DNA of 40,405 nt from Prasinococcaceae sp. CCMP 1430. Taxonomy: Eukaryota; Plantae; Prasinodermophyta. Positions 21,038 through 30,900 of this stretch are shown here, piece by piece (position 1 is the stretch's first letter; every line of letters starts with the position of its first letter). The notes under the pieces were generated by a model. It had not been told where the DNA came from and ran no database searches. It saw nothing but the letters and a program-made list of their open reading frames with translations. The stretch spans positions 38,116 through 78,520 of the forward strand of contig RQSC01000678.1 in the NCBI GenBank assembly GCA_013416795.1, read 5' to 3'. The position numbers and the translations under genes are program-made.

Positions 21038-22543
21038 ATGGAGGCAGCGACGGACGGTGGCGGTGATGATTGCGGAGGCGGCGGCGACGCGCCTCCCGCC
21101 GCGGCGCTGTACGTGGGCGCCGCCGTGCGCGTGTGCGCCGAGCGCGGCCGCGTCGAGGCGCACGCCGAGGCGTGCGTCGCGGTGGGCGCGGATGGTGACG
21201 TGCTCGCATCCGCGTTCGGTGGCGGGTCGGTGGAGGCGAGCGTGATGGCAGCGCTCGCCGAGCATGGCATTGACCGCGGCGCGTGTGCCGTCATCCGGCT
21301 CGGCCCGCGCGAGATGCTGCTCCCAGGGCTGATCGACGCGCACGTGCATGCACCACAGTACGCCTTCGCTGGGACCGGGACGGACAGGGCGCTGATGGGC
21401 CCCACGGGCTGGCTCGAGACGTACACATTTCCCTGGGAGCGCGCGTGCAGTGACGACGCCGCGGGGCTCGGCCGCCGCGCGTTCGACGCGTGCGTGCGCG
21501 CGACGCTTGCGGAAGGCACGACTTGCGCGAATTACTTCGGCGTTCTGAGCTCCGCTGGCTGCTGCGCTCTCGCCGATGCGTGCGCCGCCGCGGGCCAGCG
21601 CGCGTTCGTAGCGAAGGTGTGCATGGACCGAGCCTCCCCTGAGGATTACGTCGAGAGCGCTGAGGAGGGCGTGCGAGGCGCGCGGGCGCTCGCCGAGCAC
21701 TGCGCGACGCTGCCGCTGGTGCATGCTGCGCTTGCGCCGCGCTTCGTGCCGACGTGCTCGAAGGAGTCCCTCGAGGCCCTCGGCGCGCTCGCCGAGGAGC
21801 TCGGCCCCGCGTGCCTTGTGCACACGCACGTATCTGAGAGCCTGGACGAGGTGGAATACGTCAAAATTGTCGAAGGCAACGCCGCGGCGCGCGACGCGCC
21901 CATCCTCGATGCGGCGGGTCTGCTGAGACCACGCGCGACAGTCCTGGCGCACGGGGTGCACCTCACCGACTACGAGCTCCGCCTCCTGGCGCAGCGGGAG
22001 TGTGCCATCGCGCATTGCCCCCTGAGCAATTGGTTCTTTGCACACGGCGTCCTGCGAGCGAAGCGCTGCCAGCGGATGGGCGTGACTTTGTGCCTGGGCA
22101 CGGACGTTGCCGGTGGTTACTCTCCGTCGATGCTCAACGCGTGCCAGCACGCCGTCGCCGCCTCTCGCGCGGCGGGGTTTGTGGCGCGCGCCGCCAAGGA
22201 TGAGACGTGGAACGAGGAGGAAGAGCACCTCGACTACGCCGAGGCATTCTGGATGGCGACCGCTGGAGGTGCGGCGGCGCTTGGGTGCGCGCGCCGCCTC
22301 GGCCGACTCGAGGCGGGCTTTGCCTTCGACGCGCTCGTCGTCGACCTCTCGCGCCTCGAGGAGGACGTCGCGGTCGTCGTCGGCAGTACGGGGACGGGGC
22401 CGCAGACGACTGGCAACGCGCAGAGCCGCTTCGAACGATTCGTCAACCGTGGTTGCTCGTCCGACATCGCACACGTCTTCGTGCAGGGGCGTCGCGTGGC
22501 TGGGCGGGTGGGGACTGCCCCAGACGCCGCCGGCGCTCTGTGA
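21038..22543 (+). CDS. GDA: Guanine deaminase (amidohydrolase superfamily)
   Basis: Metal-binding and catalytic motifs LLPGLIDAHVHAPQY, HTHVSES, AHGVHL, IAHCPLSN and LGTDVAGGYSPSML, plus the C-terminal GRLEAGFAFDALVVD. First ATG is 21038. Confidence 0.92.
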   Translation: MEAATDGGGDDCGGGGDAPPAAALYVGAAVRVCAERGRVEAHAEACVAVGADGDVLASAFGGGSVEASVMAALAEHGIDRGACAVIRLGPREMLLPGLIDAHVHAPQYAFAGTGTDRALMGPTGWLETYTFPWERACSDDAAGLGRRAFDACVRATLAEGTTCANYFGVLSSAGCCALADACAAAGQRAFVAKVCMDRASPEDYVESAEEGVRGARALAEHCATLPLVHAALAPRFVPTCSKESLEALGALAEELGPACLVHTHVSESLDEVEYVKIVEGNAAARDAPILDAAGLLRPRATVLAHGVHLTDYELRLLAQRECAIAHCPLSNWFFAHGVLRAKRCQRMGVTLCLGTDVAGGYSPSMLNACQHAVAASRAAGFVARAAKDETWNEEEEHLDYAEAFWMATAGGAAALGCARRLGRLEAGFAFDALVVDLSRLEEDVAVVVGSTGTGPQTTGNAQSRFERFVNRGCSSDIAHVFVQGRRVAGRVGTAPDAAGAL

Positions 22544-22732
22544 TGAGCTAGAGTTGCCTTCCCGTCTGTAATTTTCCGCTTCGATTGTGTGGGTGCGCGT
22601 CGCCACCGGGCGATCTGTGCACGAAATGCTTCGAAGCAGGTCTCTTACGTTTCACTTCCGTGGGCACCACGCAAGAGTGCGCCACTTCATCCCTCTGGGC
22701 TTTGCTGCGGTCATCTTCGGCATCATCCTCGC

Positions 22733-22889
22733 GTGCGATGAGCTTCTTCGCGTGCTCGTTGAAGTTCAGAAGTCTGATCTCAGTGGGCCTGTTCTTTGCT
22801 GCCCTGTGCGTCGGCGCGTGTCACTTTATGTGCGACGAGCTTCTCAATGTGCTCTTTGAAGTTCAGAAGTCTTCTCAAAGTCGGCCTGT
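22733..22889. repeat. Two degenerate 60-bp direct repeats (22733-22792 and 22830-22889, 49/60 identical) in the 3' flank of paralog A
   Basis: Hand alignment; shared core GAAGTTCAGAAGTCT. Confidence 0.85.
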
Positions 22890-22929
22890 CGTGTCCTGCA
22901 CGTCGGCAAGGCCCCCAGCGGAGGCCTGT

Positions 22930-24153
22930 TCACAGGCGCGTGCGCTTCAGCAGCATACGCCTGTCGCCGTTCTCAGTGTCGTCTTCGCCATCGTCCTCGT
23001 CACCCTCTTCATTTCCGCCTCCTCCTCCTCCTCCTCCTCCGCCTTCACCTCCTCCGCCGCCGCCCTCGCCTCCTCCTCCGCCGCCGCCCTCGCCTCCTCC
23101 TCCGCCGCCGCCACCGCCATCGTCGTTGTCGTCGTCCTCGTCACCTTCTTCGCCTTCGCCTCCTCCTCCTCCTCCTCCCTCGCCTCCGCCTCCTCCTCCC
23201 CCTCCTCCTCCTCCTCCGCCTCCTCCTTCGCCTCCTCCGCCTCCTCCTTCGCCTCCTCCTCCGCCTCCTCCGCCTCCTCCTCCGTTCGAGACGCATTCCT
23301 TGTTCCACCAAGTGTACGGCCCTTGGGTTCCGGTCTCGTCGATCGGATCGGCAACGCCCGAGGCCATCACGCGCTGCACGAAGCAAGACCCATCGCCTTC
23401 TTCGCCTTCGTCCTCGTCCTCAAGGTCGAGAATGAGCACGTACGAAAGTGGGCCTATTCCGTCTTTGAAACTCTCGTCCTTGGGGAACGTCTGCTTGCAT
23501 ATCGCCTTGACGTCGTCGCCGTCGAGCCCGTCGTCAAACCCGTCGTCGTTATCGTCGCGGTCTGCGATCACGCACGCGAACCAGCCCAGTCCGACGCCGT
23601 CGTCGATCATCTGCCGCGTGCCGCGCACGCGCAGATGCGCATATCGCGCACATATTCGCACGCGCACACGTGCATCGCGCGGATTGTGTCTGTGTCAGCA
23701 TTTCGAGCGCAAAGCACGCAACGCTCGTAACGCTCATACCGAGCGTTTCGCTGTGTGCCCTCCATCCAGTGGGCCTCCACGCGCGGAGCAGGGTGCAGTC
23801 GCCCCCAGTGGGCGGGTACGCAACGCACTCGCGTGCGCTCGCATCGCATTCTACACGCGACGAGGCGGACACACCTGGAAGCCGAAGATGTACGGCTCGG
23901 TGAGCCACGCCATCGTCATGGTAAGGCCCTCAGGTACTGGGCCGTCGGGCTGCTGGACGACGGGGGGCGTCAGGCTGCCCGAGTTGGTGGGCGTCTGCAA
24001 GAGGATGGTAAGCCCGGCTCTCTCCGAGGGGGAGTAGGAGTCGCAAAAAGTCAAGTTCTGGCAGTCAGAGCGCACTCCGCGCGCGCCTCCCACGAGCGCG
24101 AGCACGCCCGCCAGGGCGAGCGCGCGCAAAGCACCATCCGTGCCGGGGGCCAT
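22930..24153 (-). CDS. Secreted acidic Cys-containing protein of unknown function, paralog A (2 exons, 319 aa, Gly/Glu-rich insertion)
   Basis: Exons 24153-23875 and 23610-22930 (intron GTGTGT...GGCAG). Signal peptide LRALALAGVLALVGGARG. Near-identical to paralog B in the coding regions. Confidence 0.85.
22981..23283 (-). repeat. Coding low-complexity GGN/GAG triplet tract (poly-Gly with Glu/Asp) inside paralog A
   Basis: Plus strand reads as (CCT)n/(CCG)n runs. The tract is absent from paralog B. Confidence 0.9.
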
Positions 24154-24731
24154 GTTGTTCTGCAGTCGTGTCCGCGGCCTCTGCGTGGTGGTGGTTGCTC
24201 CAAGGCCGCGGTGTGGCGCGCGCGCGTGGGTGGAGCGCTCTTCCCATTCCCCGCGCCCCGCCCGCCGCGCCTCAGCGGCGCCACCCCACGCGCTGGTCAC
24301 GCGCTGGTGTGCTCGAGTCACGCGCGCGCCGTTGTGCGCTGCCCGCATCGATGCCACGTAAGCATCGTATTCGAGCTGCTGTCAAGCGCCAGGGCTGCGC
24401 CATTGTGTGGGAGGCCCCACGAAGACCAACGTTGAAAAAAATCGCCACCACGTACCCACGCAATACTACCAGCGCTCGGTGTGAAATTCATCTAAAGACA
24501 ATTGGGTCGAATGACAGCGCGAACACGTTGTCGACGTGCGTTGACGATTATCTCACATCACATTGCAGCACTTGGATGCATTACATTACATAACCATAAC
24601 TCTAGTACCGTACATGCTTTTTTGCTTATGGCGAGGTGAAGTCCTTGATGACCCCCTCGAAGTCGTTGGTATGGCACGCTGATCTCAACAGGCCTGTCTC
24701 GCCCAGTGCGTCGGCGACAACGGCGGCCTCC

Positions 24732-25794
24732 TCACATGCGCGCACGCTTCAGGAGCATGCGCCTGTCGCCACCGTTGTCGGTCGTGCCGGAGGCGGAGTC
24801 ACATTTCTTGTTCCACCACGTGTACGGCCCTTGCGTTCCGCTCTCGTCGATCGGATCGGCCACGCCGCTAGCCATGACGCGCTGGACGAAGCAAGTCTCC
24901 TCTCCTTCGTCTTCTTCCTCCAAGTCCAGAATCAACGTGTACGAGAGTGGGCCGATGCCATCCTGCGAATGAACGACGCGCGAGGCAGCACGCGCGAGGT
25001 GAGGATGGGCGAGCGGCCGGCGTCAGCGCCAAATCGCAGAACGCCGACAGCGAGGGAGCCAACCATGCGAGTCTGCTCGGCCCCGCTGGCGAGCGAGCGA
25101 GTGCAGCGCAGAGCATTCGCGCGCAGAGTATTCGCGCACGTGCCTTGTAGCTCTCGTCCTTGGGGAACGTCTGCTTGCATATCGCCTTGACGTCGTCGCC
25201 GTCGAGCCCGTCGTCGAACCCGTCGTCGTCGTCGTCGCGGTCTGCGATCACGCACGCGAACCATCCCAGTCCGACACCGTCGTCGATCATCTGCCGCGTG
25301 CCGCGCACGTGCAGATGCGCAAGCGGCCACACCGCGCACATTTTTGCGCACGCGTGCGCGCGTCAGCATGCTGAGCGTTGGGCGCGTCCCCTCCACGCGT
25401 GGGCAGACGTAGGTAGTCGCATTGAGTGGGCGGCCACGCAACGCGCGCGCGTGTTCATCGCGCGCGCTCACGCCGCGATCTACCCAAGTCGAGGCGGACA
25501 CACCTGGAAGCCGAAGATGTACGGCTCGGTGAGCCACGCCATGGTCATGGTCAGGCCCTCTGGCACTGGGCCGTCGGGGGACTGCACGACGGGGGGGGTC
25601 AAGTTACCCGAGTTCGTCGGTGTCTGCAAGAGGATGGTGAGCCCGGCTCTCTCCGAGGGGGAGTAGGAGTCGCAAAAGGTCACGTTCTGGCAGTCGGCGC
25701 GCACTCCGCGTACGCCGCCGGCCAGCGCGAGCACGCCTGCTAGGGCGAGCGCGCACAAGGCACCATCCCTGCCGTGGCGGTCGCTGGGGGCCAT
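24732..25794 (-). CDS. Secreted acidic Cys-containing protein of unknown function, paralog B (3 exons, 222 aa)
   Basis: Exons 25794-25504, 25290-25144 and 24962-24732. Splicing restores colinearity with paralog A (DESYK|DGIGPLSY). Confidence 0.85.
24963..25143 (-). other. Non-canonical GC-AG intron (181 bp) in paralog B, absent from paralog A
   Basis: Donor AAG|GCACGT, acceptor TTCATTCGCAG|GAT. This is the only junction I found that keeps the frame and matches the uninterrupted paralog A sequence. Confidence 0.8.
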
Positions 25795-26181
25795 GGTCGC
25801 CTCGCTCTGCAGTCGAGTCGCCTCTGCGGTGTGTGTTCGTGGTGATGCGTGGTGGTGGTCGCTCCAAGGCCACGGTGTGGCACGCGCATGTGGGCGGAGC
25901 GCCTCTCCCCCAGGCTCGCCCCCCGCGCCCTGGCGCTGGGCTACAGAACCCCACGCGCTCGACACGCGCGCGCGCTGCGGGCTGCCCGCATCGACGAAAC
26001 GTTGCCACTGCTCGCTGCTGTCACACGTGCAAAATTGACGTATTTTTTGTTGATGGGTGTGATTGTCTGCCAGGTAGCCTGCGTTCAGCCAGTCCGAACT
26101 ACGAGCGACACAATGACACCTTGACCAATACTTTTTTCACATCGTCCGGTCCATTTAAAGGCAGTGTGAGTGTACTAAGAC

Positions 26182-27066
26182 CTAGTCGCGCGCTTTCGGC
26201 CTCCTGGCGACAAGCGCCGTGCAGTCGCCCGGCCCCTCGAGGTTGGCGAGGAAGGGTGGGTAGCCAGGGTGATGGCACAGCTCGGCCGACACGACCTCGA
26301 GGCCAGCTCGCCTCGCCGCGCCGGCGAGGTCGTTGGGCTCAACGAGCGTCATGCTCCTGGGCGCGCGAGCTGCGACCTCGCGCGCCTGCTCGAGCGGCGT
26401 ACCTTGTGCGAGCAGCTGTTGCTCGAGGCTGTCGCTGATCGCGAGCAGGTCGGCGCCAGGCCATGCGACTTTCGCCGCCTTACGCGCGCAGTACTCCGCG
26501 GTGAAACGCTCGCCCGCCTCGCATCGGCCCGGGGCACATGGGCCGCTGTGCGGGCTCATCGCGGTGGCGCAGATGACGCCCCCGGGAGCCAGCAGCTGGG
26601 CCAGCGCTGCGAGAGATGCGTCCACTTGGGCGGGCTCCAAGAAGTGCAGCACGTCCGCCACGAGGATCGCCCCTGCGTCGCGCGCCTCCGCCGTCGGCAG
26701 CTCGTCCGGCAGCTTGCAGTGTGCCGTCACGACGCCCGCCAACCCCAGCTTGTTCACTGCCTCCAGGTGGCCAACCTCCATGTCTGCCGCCACGACACGC
26801 GGCGGCCGCGCGCTGCCGGCGGAGAGCTCCCGCAGCGCGGCGCGTGCGTTGAGGCCGTACGCGCAGCCGCAGTCCAGCAGGAGCGGCGCCGTGCCCGCCT
26901 CGCGCGCAACAGCGAGCGCGCCGTCGACGCACGCTCGCAGCAGCGGGCTCTCCGCCCCCATCTCAAACCCCGCGCCGTTGAGCGTGGCGGTCGCCCCGCC
27001 GGCGCTGAGCGGCGACGAGAAGGCGGCCGCGCCCGCGCCACGCCGCTCGCTTGCGCCTGGGGCCAT
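26182..27066 (-). CDS. Class I SAM-dependent methyltransferase, intronless, 294 aa
   Basis: Motif I LLLDCGCAYG, acidic motif VVAADME, then ILVADVLHFL and LAQLLAPGGVICAT. ATG 27066 to TAG 26182. Substrate unknown. Confidence 0.85.
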   Translation of the reverse strand: MAPGASERRGAGAAAFSSPLSAGGATATLNGAGFEMGAESPLLRACVDGALAVAREAGTAPLLLDCGCAYGLNARAALRELSAGSARPPRVVAADMEVGHLEAVNKLGLAGVVTAHCKLPDELPTAEARDAGAILVADVLHFLEPAQVDASLAALAQLLAPGGVICATAMSPHSGPCAPGRCEAGERFTAEYCARKAAKVAWPGADLLAISDSLEQQLLAQGTPLEQAREVAARAPRSMTLVEPNDLAGAARRAGLEVVSAELCHHPGYPPFLANLEGPGDCTALVARRPKARD

Positions 27067-27924
27067 GCTCGACGCCCGCTGGGGGCGGGGCCACGCGCCG
27101 CACACCTCGTGTGTGCAGTGCGTTGCCCGCACCGCATTCATCGCAGGAGCGCAAAATGCCCAATGCGCGCACGAACTGCTGTATCGCGTGACATTGTTGG
27201 TGCAAAGAAAGACACCACTGCGACGCGACCCCCCATAAAAAGAAACGCAGGAAGTGATTTTTGGGGGCGCTCCGCGTCTTTTGACGTCACAACGAATGCT
27301 TTCGAATGCGGCACTTGCCAATTTCGGTATCCATAGCCACGTGTTCTCTCACTGCCTTTTTCCGGCGTCATTTCACGCTGCGAAGTTGCCAACTCGCGAG
27401 CTTTGACGGTGGCAAGGCCACATCCTCACCGGTACCAGCTTGCCGATCACGCGCACGGCCCGACACGATCACAGCCCCCACCCACGGGCACGCCACGCCC
27501 ACACGCCCCTACACACGCACGCGCAGGCGCACGAGCACACACGCACGCGCCGACCCGTGCGCGTGCACACACGCACGCACGCGCACGTGCACGCGCACAC
27601 GCCAACACCGCCACGCGCCATAGGAAGTCCAAGCCTTACCGTAAGAAGCTTAGTCTGTCTGGTACCTCGCGCGTTACGCGGGTCCCGTCCCACAAAGAGC
27701 ATCAAAGTGTGGGGGCGGAGATGCTCCCCCGCCTGGGCACGAGGAAGGGAGTGCATTCGGAGTCGGNGCGCGCGTGTGGGTGCGGGGTCCCAGCGCGCGG
27801 TCGGCGCGGAGGGCGGGCCCTCCGCCCCTCCTGGAGCGCGCGGCGCGCGCCGAACTTTACGCGCGATCGCCGATCGCGCTTTTCTCGCGCCTTGGGCCGC
27901 GGGACACACATTTGCGGCGCGCCA

Positions 27925-30900
27925 ATGCCGGGGCGGGGCGGCGGCCGTGCCGCGCGGCGGGCGGTGGCTTTGGCAGGGGGGGTGGCACTGGCCTTACTCG
28001 CCGCCGGGGGGCCGCGCGCGGCGCGCGGACAGGGCGACGCCGTGGCGACGCTCGCGCCTGACGTGCTCGATGGCGGGGCGCGTGTGGACGTGCGGCTTTC
28101 GGGGCATGGCAGGGCTGTGACCGGCATCCAGTTTAATCTCGCGAGCTGCGACGGCGATGAGCGGGTGGATGTCGAGGCGGCCACAGGGGGGCTCGCAGAG
28201 GCGGCCGGCCTGACGTCACAGGTGTCGGGCTCCACCGTTTTGTTCTTTAACTTCAACGACGGCGCGATCGAGACGACGGGCGTACTGACGACCCTGTCGG
28301 TGCTGCCCGACAACCAGCGCAGTGACGGGTACTGCCTCACTTCGGCGGTTGTCAGCGCGTCTGATGGGGCCCCCATCGAACTGGATCCGAGTGCTCTGTG
28401 TGCCTGCGATGGCTCCTCGGGTGCAACAGGGGCAAACGAGCAAGCGCCACCGCCGCCTCCGTCGCCCTCCTCGCCGTCGACCGGCCAGCCACCGTCACCG
28501 CCGAGCCCACCGCCGAGCGCCGGGGCAGCATCGAATTCGTCAGGCGTCCTGACGCCGTCGCTCGAGGTGTCTGATGGCGGAAGTCGGGTGGACATTACCC
28601 TCGCTGGGCTGAGCTCGGATCTTGGGGGGTTCCAGGCCACCCTCACGTCGTGTGACGGCGAGCCGGTACCCATCGACAGCGCCTCGGGGGGGGCCGCTGA
28701 GCAAGCGGAGATGACGGTGCAGGTCAACAACGCGACTGAGCTTGTGTTCAGTCTCATGGGGGCCACAATTCCCGCGAGCAAGGCTAACAACGACGTACTG
28801 TCGATACTGGCGATCGCCGACGCGGACGTCCAGGCGGGATACTGCCTGTCGAATGTCCAGGCAAGCGACACTGTGGGTCGAGCTCTCGACTTCGACGGGT
28901 CCGAGCTGTGTCGATGCGATCTCGATGAGCCGAACGCCGGGGCGGGCAGCACTGGCGAATCGCCACCATCGCCTCCACCCCCCTCGTCACCCCCCTCGCC
29001 GCCGAACTCTACAGACGGTTTCATCATCGACGAGGACGTGCGGCTCTTCGTAGGAGAGCTGACCGACGGTGGCGTGGACGTGGACATCATGAACCCAGAT
29101 GTGGCAGTGGCTGCCTTGCAATTTACTTTCATCGATCAGGACGGCAACCCACTGACAGTCGCCAGCGTGGGCCAGGAGGGCGCCGCGGCCGACGCGGCCG
29201 TACCTGCCACCGTGAGCGGGGATCTCGTGGCGTTCTTCAGCCTGGGTGGCGGCTCCATCCCTGCCGGTGGCCAGCGTCTGCTGGCTCGCGTCGAGTTCGG
29301 GAGCGCGAACGGCGTGACCTCGGTGTGCCTTGAGCAGTTCGTGGTCACGTCCGAGACCGGCGACGTTCTGACGGCCAGCACCGTGTGCGGCGGCGAGGAC
29401 AACGGCACGGACGTGCTGGCCAACGTGCGCGCACAGCACCGTGTGTGGCGGCACGCCGGCCGTCGCGGGCGGCGAGGACAACGGCACGGACGTGCTGGCC
29501 AACGTGCGCGCCGAGCCGGTGAGCGACGGCACCTTCGACGTACTGTACCGGTCGAAGGTGCCGCTGTCGAGCTTCCGATTCGAGCTGCGCACGCTGCTCG
29601 GCCAGGACGTGACCTTCGCAAGCGCGATGCCCGAGAGCGGCGCTGCTGGCGATGCAGGCTTCTCGGTGGTCGTGCGCTCGACGGGCGCCGTGAGTGGCTC
29701 GCTACTCACCAGCGACGGCCCGCCCGTCCCCCGGTGGTCGCCGCTGCTGATGCGACACGACTGCTGGTAGCGCCACTTGTTGTGGTGCCTGCCGTGCGTC
29801 GAGACCGCTGTCGGCCCCATCCTGAGCGCAGAGGACGGCACCTCCGTGGCCGTCGAGGAGGCGTCGTGCGAGGTCCCCAGCGAGGGCCCCGACGGCCCCA
29901 TCTCGGTTCCCCCGGGACCTGATGGTGCTGGAAACTTCGAATTCCTGCTGCGACCTTCTGAGACTGTCGCCGGGAAGATCGACGTGTACTACAGGTCGGA
30001 TGTTGAGGTGTCCGGGTTCTCTTTCACCTTGCTGAGCGAGGCGGGCACTCCCATCGCGCTCAATACCACGGTGAGGCCCATCGGCCGCGCTGTCGACAAC
30101 AACTTTTCAGTCTTCGAGGCGGGCTTCAGTGGGGGCGTCGTGGGACTGTACAGCGGCCTGGCCAGCCAGGTGCTGCCACAGACAGACTCCGAAGAGGGTG
30201 AGCTCCTCTTGGAAGTGTACACCGGGGCGGACGTCGTCGATGCCACCGCGTTGTGTATCGCAGAGGACGCCTTGGTGACCATCGCGGCGGCCAACACCAC
30301 GGGCGACACGACCGTCTCCGCGGGAGTGCCAGACTGCCTGCCGACTGCCGACGTTGTGCTGTCCACGCCCTCGCCGCGCGCTGTCCTAGGGTCCCTAAAC
30401 GTGAGCGTCGTCTCCACCGAGGCGATGAGCTCGGTGTTCTTCTACGTGCTCCAGGGCGGCTCTGGCACCCCGGCCCGCTTCGACAAGAGCAGGAAGGTTG
30501 CTGGTCTTGCTGTGGATAGCGGCCTGGTCGTCAACACGCTCGACAGCGGCCTGGTCAGTGCAACAGCATCGCAGGCGTCCACGAGCGTGCCAGCACAGGC
30601 TGTGTCGGCAGAACTCGTTTCGATCCCGGTGGCAGTCCCAGACGGCACTGACCTGTGCATCGTCGGGGTGCAGGTGACCGGGAAGGCCGGCGATGCGCTG
30701 ACTACGAGCGTCGTCAGTTCGAGTTTTTGCGACGGCCTCGTGCCACCCACAGTTGCGTCTCCTCCTCCACCTGTTTCGTCCCCCCCACCCCCCCCGGTCG
30801 TGGTCGCACCGCCTCCGCCGCCTCCTGTGGCCATGCCGCCCCCACCCGTCGCCGTTGGGGCGGTCGAGCTCTTCACGCCGACCGCCGTGACTGGCGGCGT

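Noticed and set aside
309-22606. Long overlapping ORFs such as 309-1352 (+), 5166-7475 (+), 8751-10142 (+), 13384-14841 (+), 13589-15028 (-) and 21002-22606 (-)
   Set aside because: Shadow frames of real genes in very GC-rich DNA. They are Arg/Ala/Gly-rich and carry no recognisable motifs.
22930-24734. Selenocysteine or readthrough at the TGA ending both paralogs (22930-22932, 24732-24734)
   Set aside because: The readthrough peptides are poorly conserved between paralogs and I could not identify a SECIS element.
27403-27924. N-terminal ORF-track extensions (here, and at 13-96, 2744-2893, 20933-21037 and 27067-27321)
   Set aside because: Low-complexity translations, mostly from non-ATG starts. 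Downstream ATGs give sensible N-termini such as the signal peptide at 27925.
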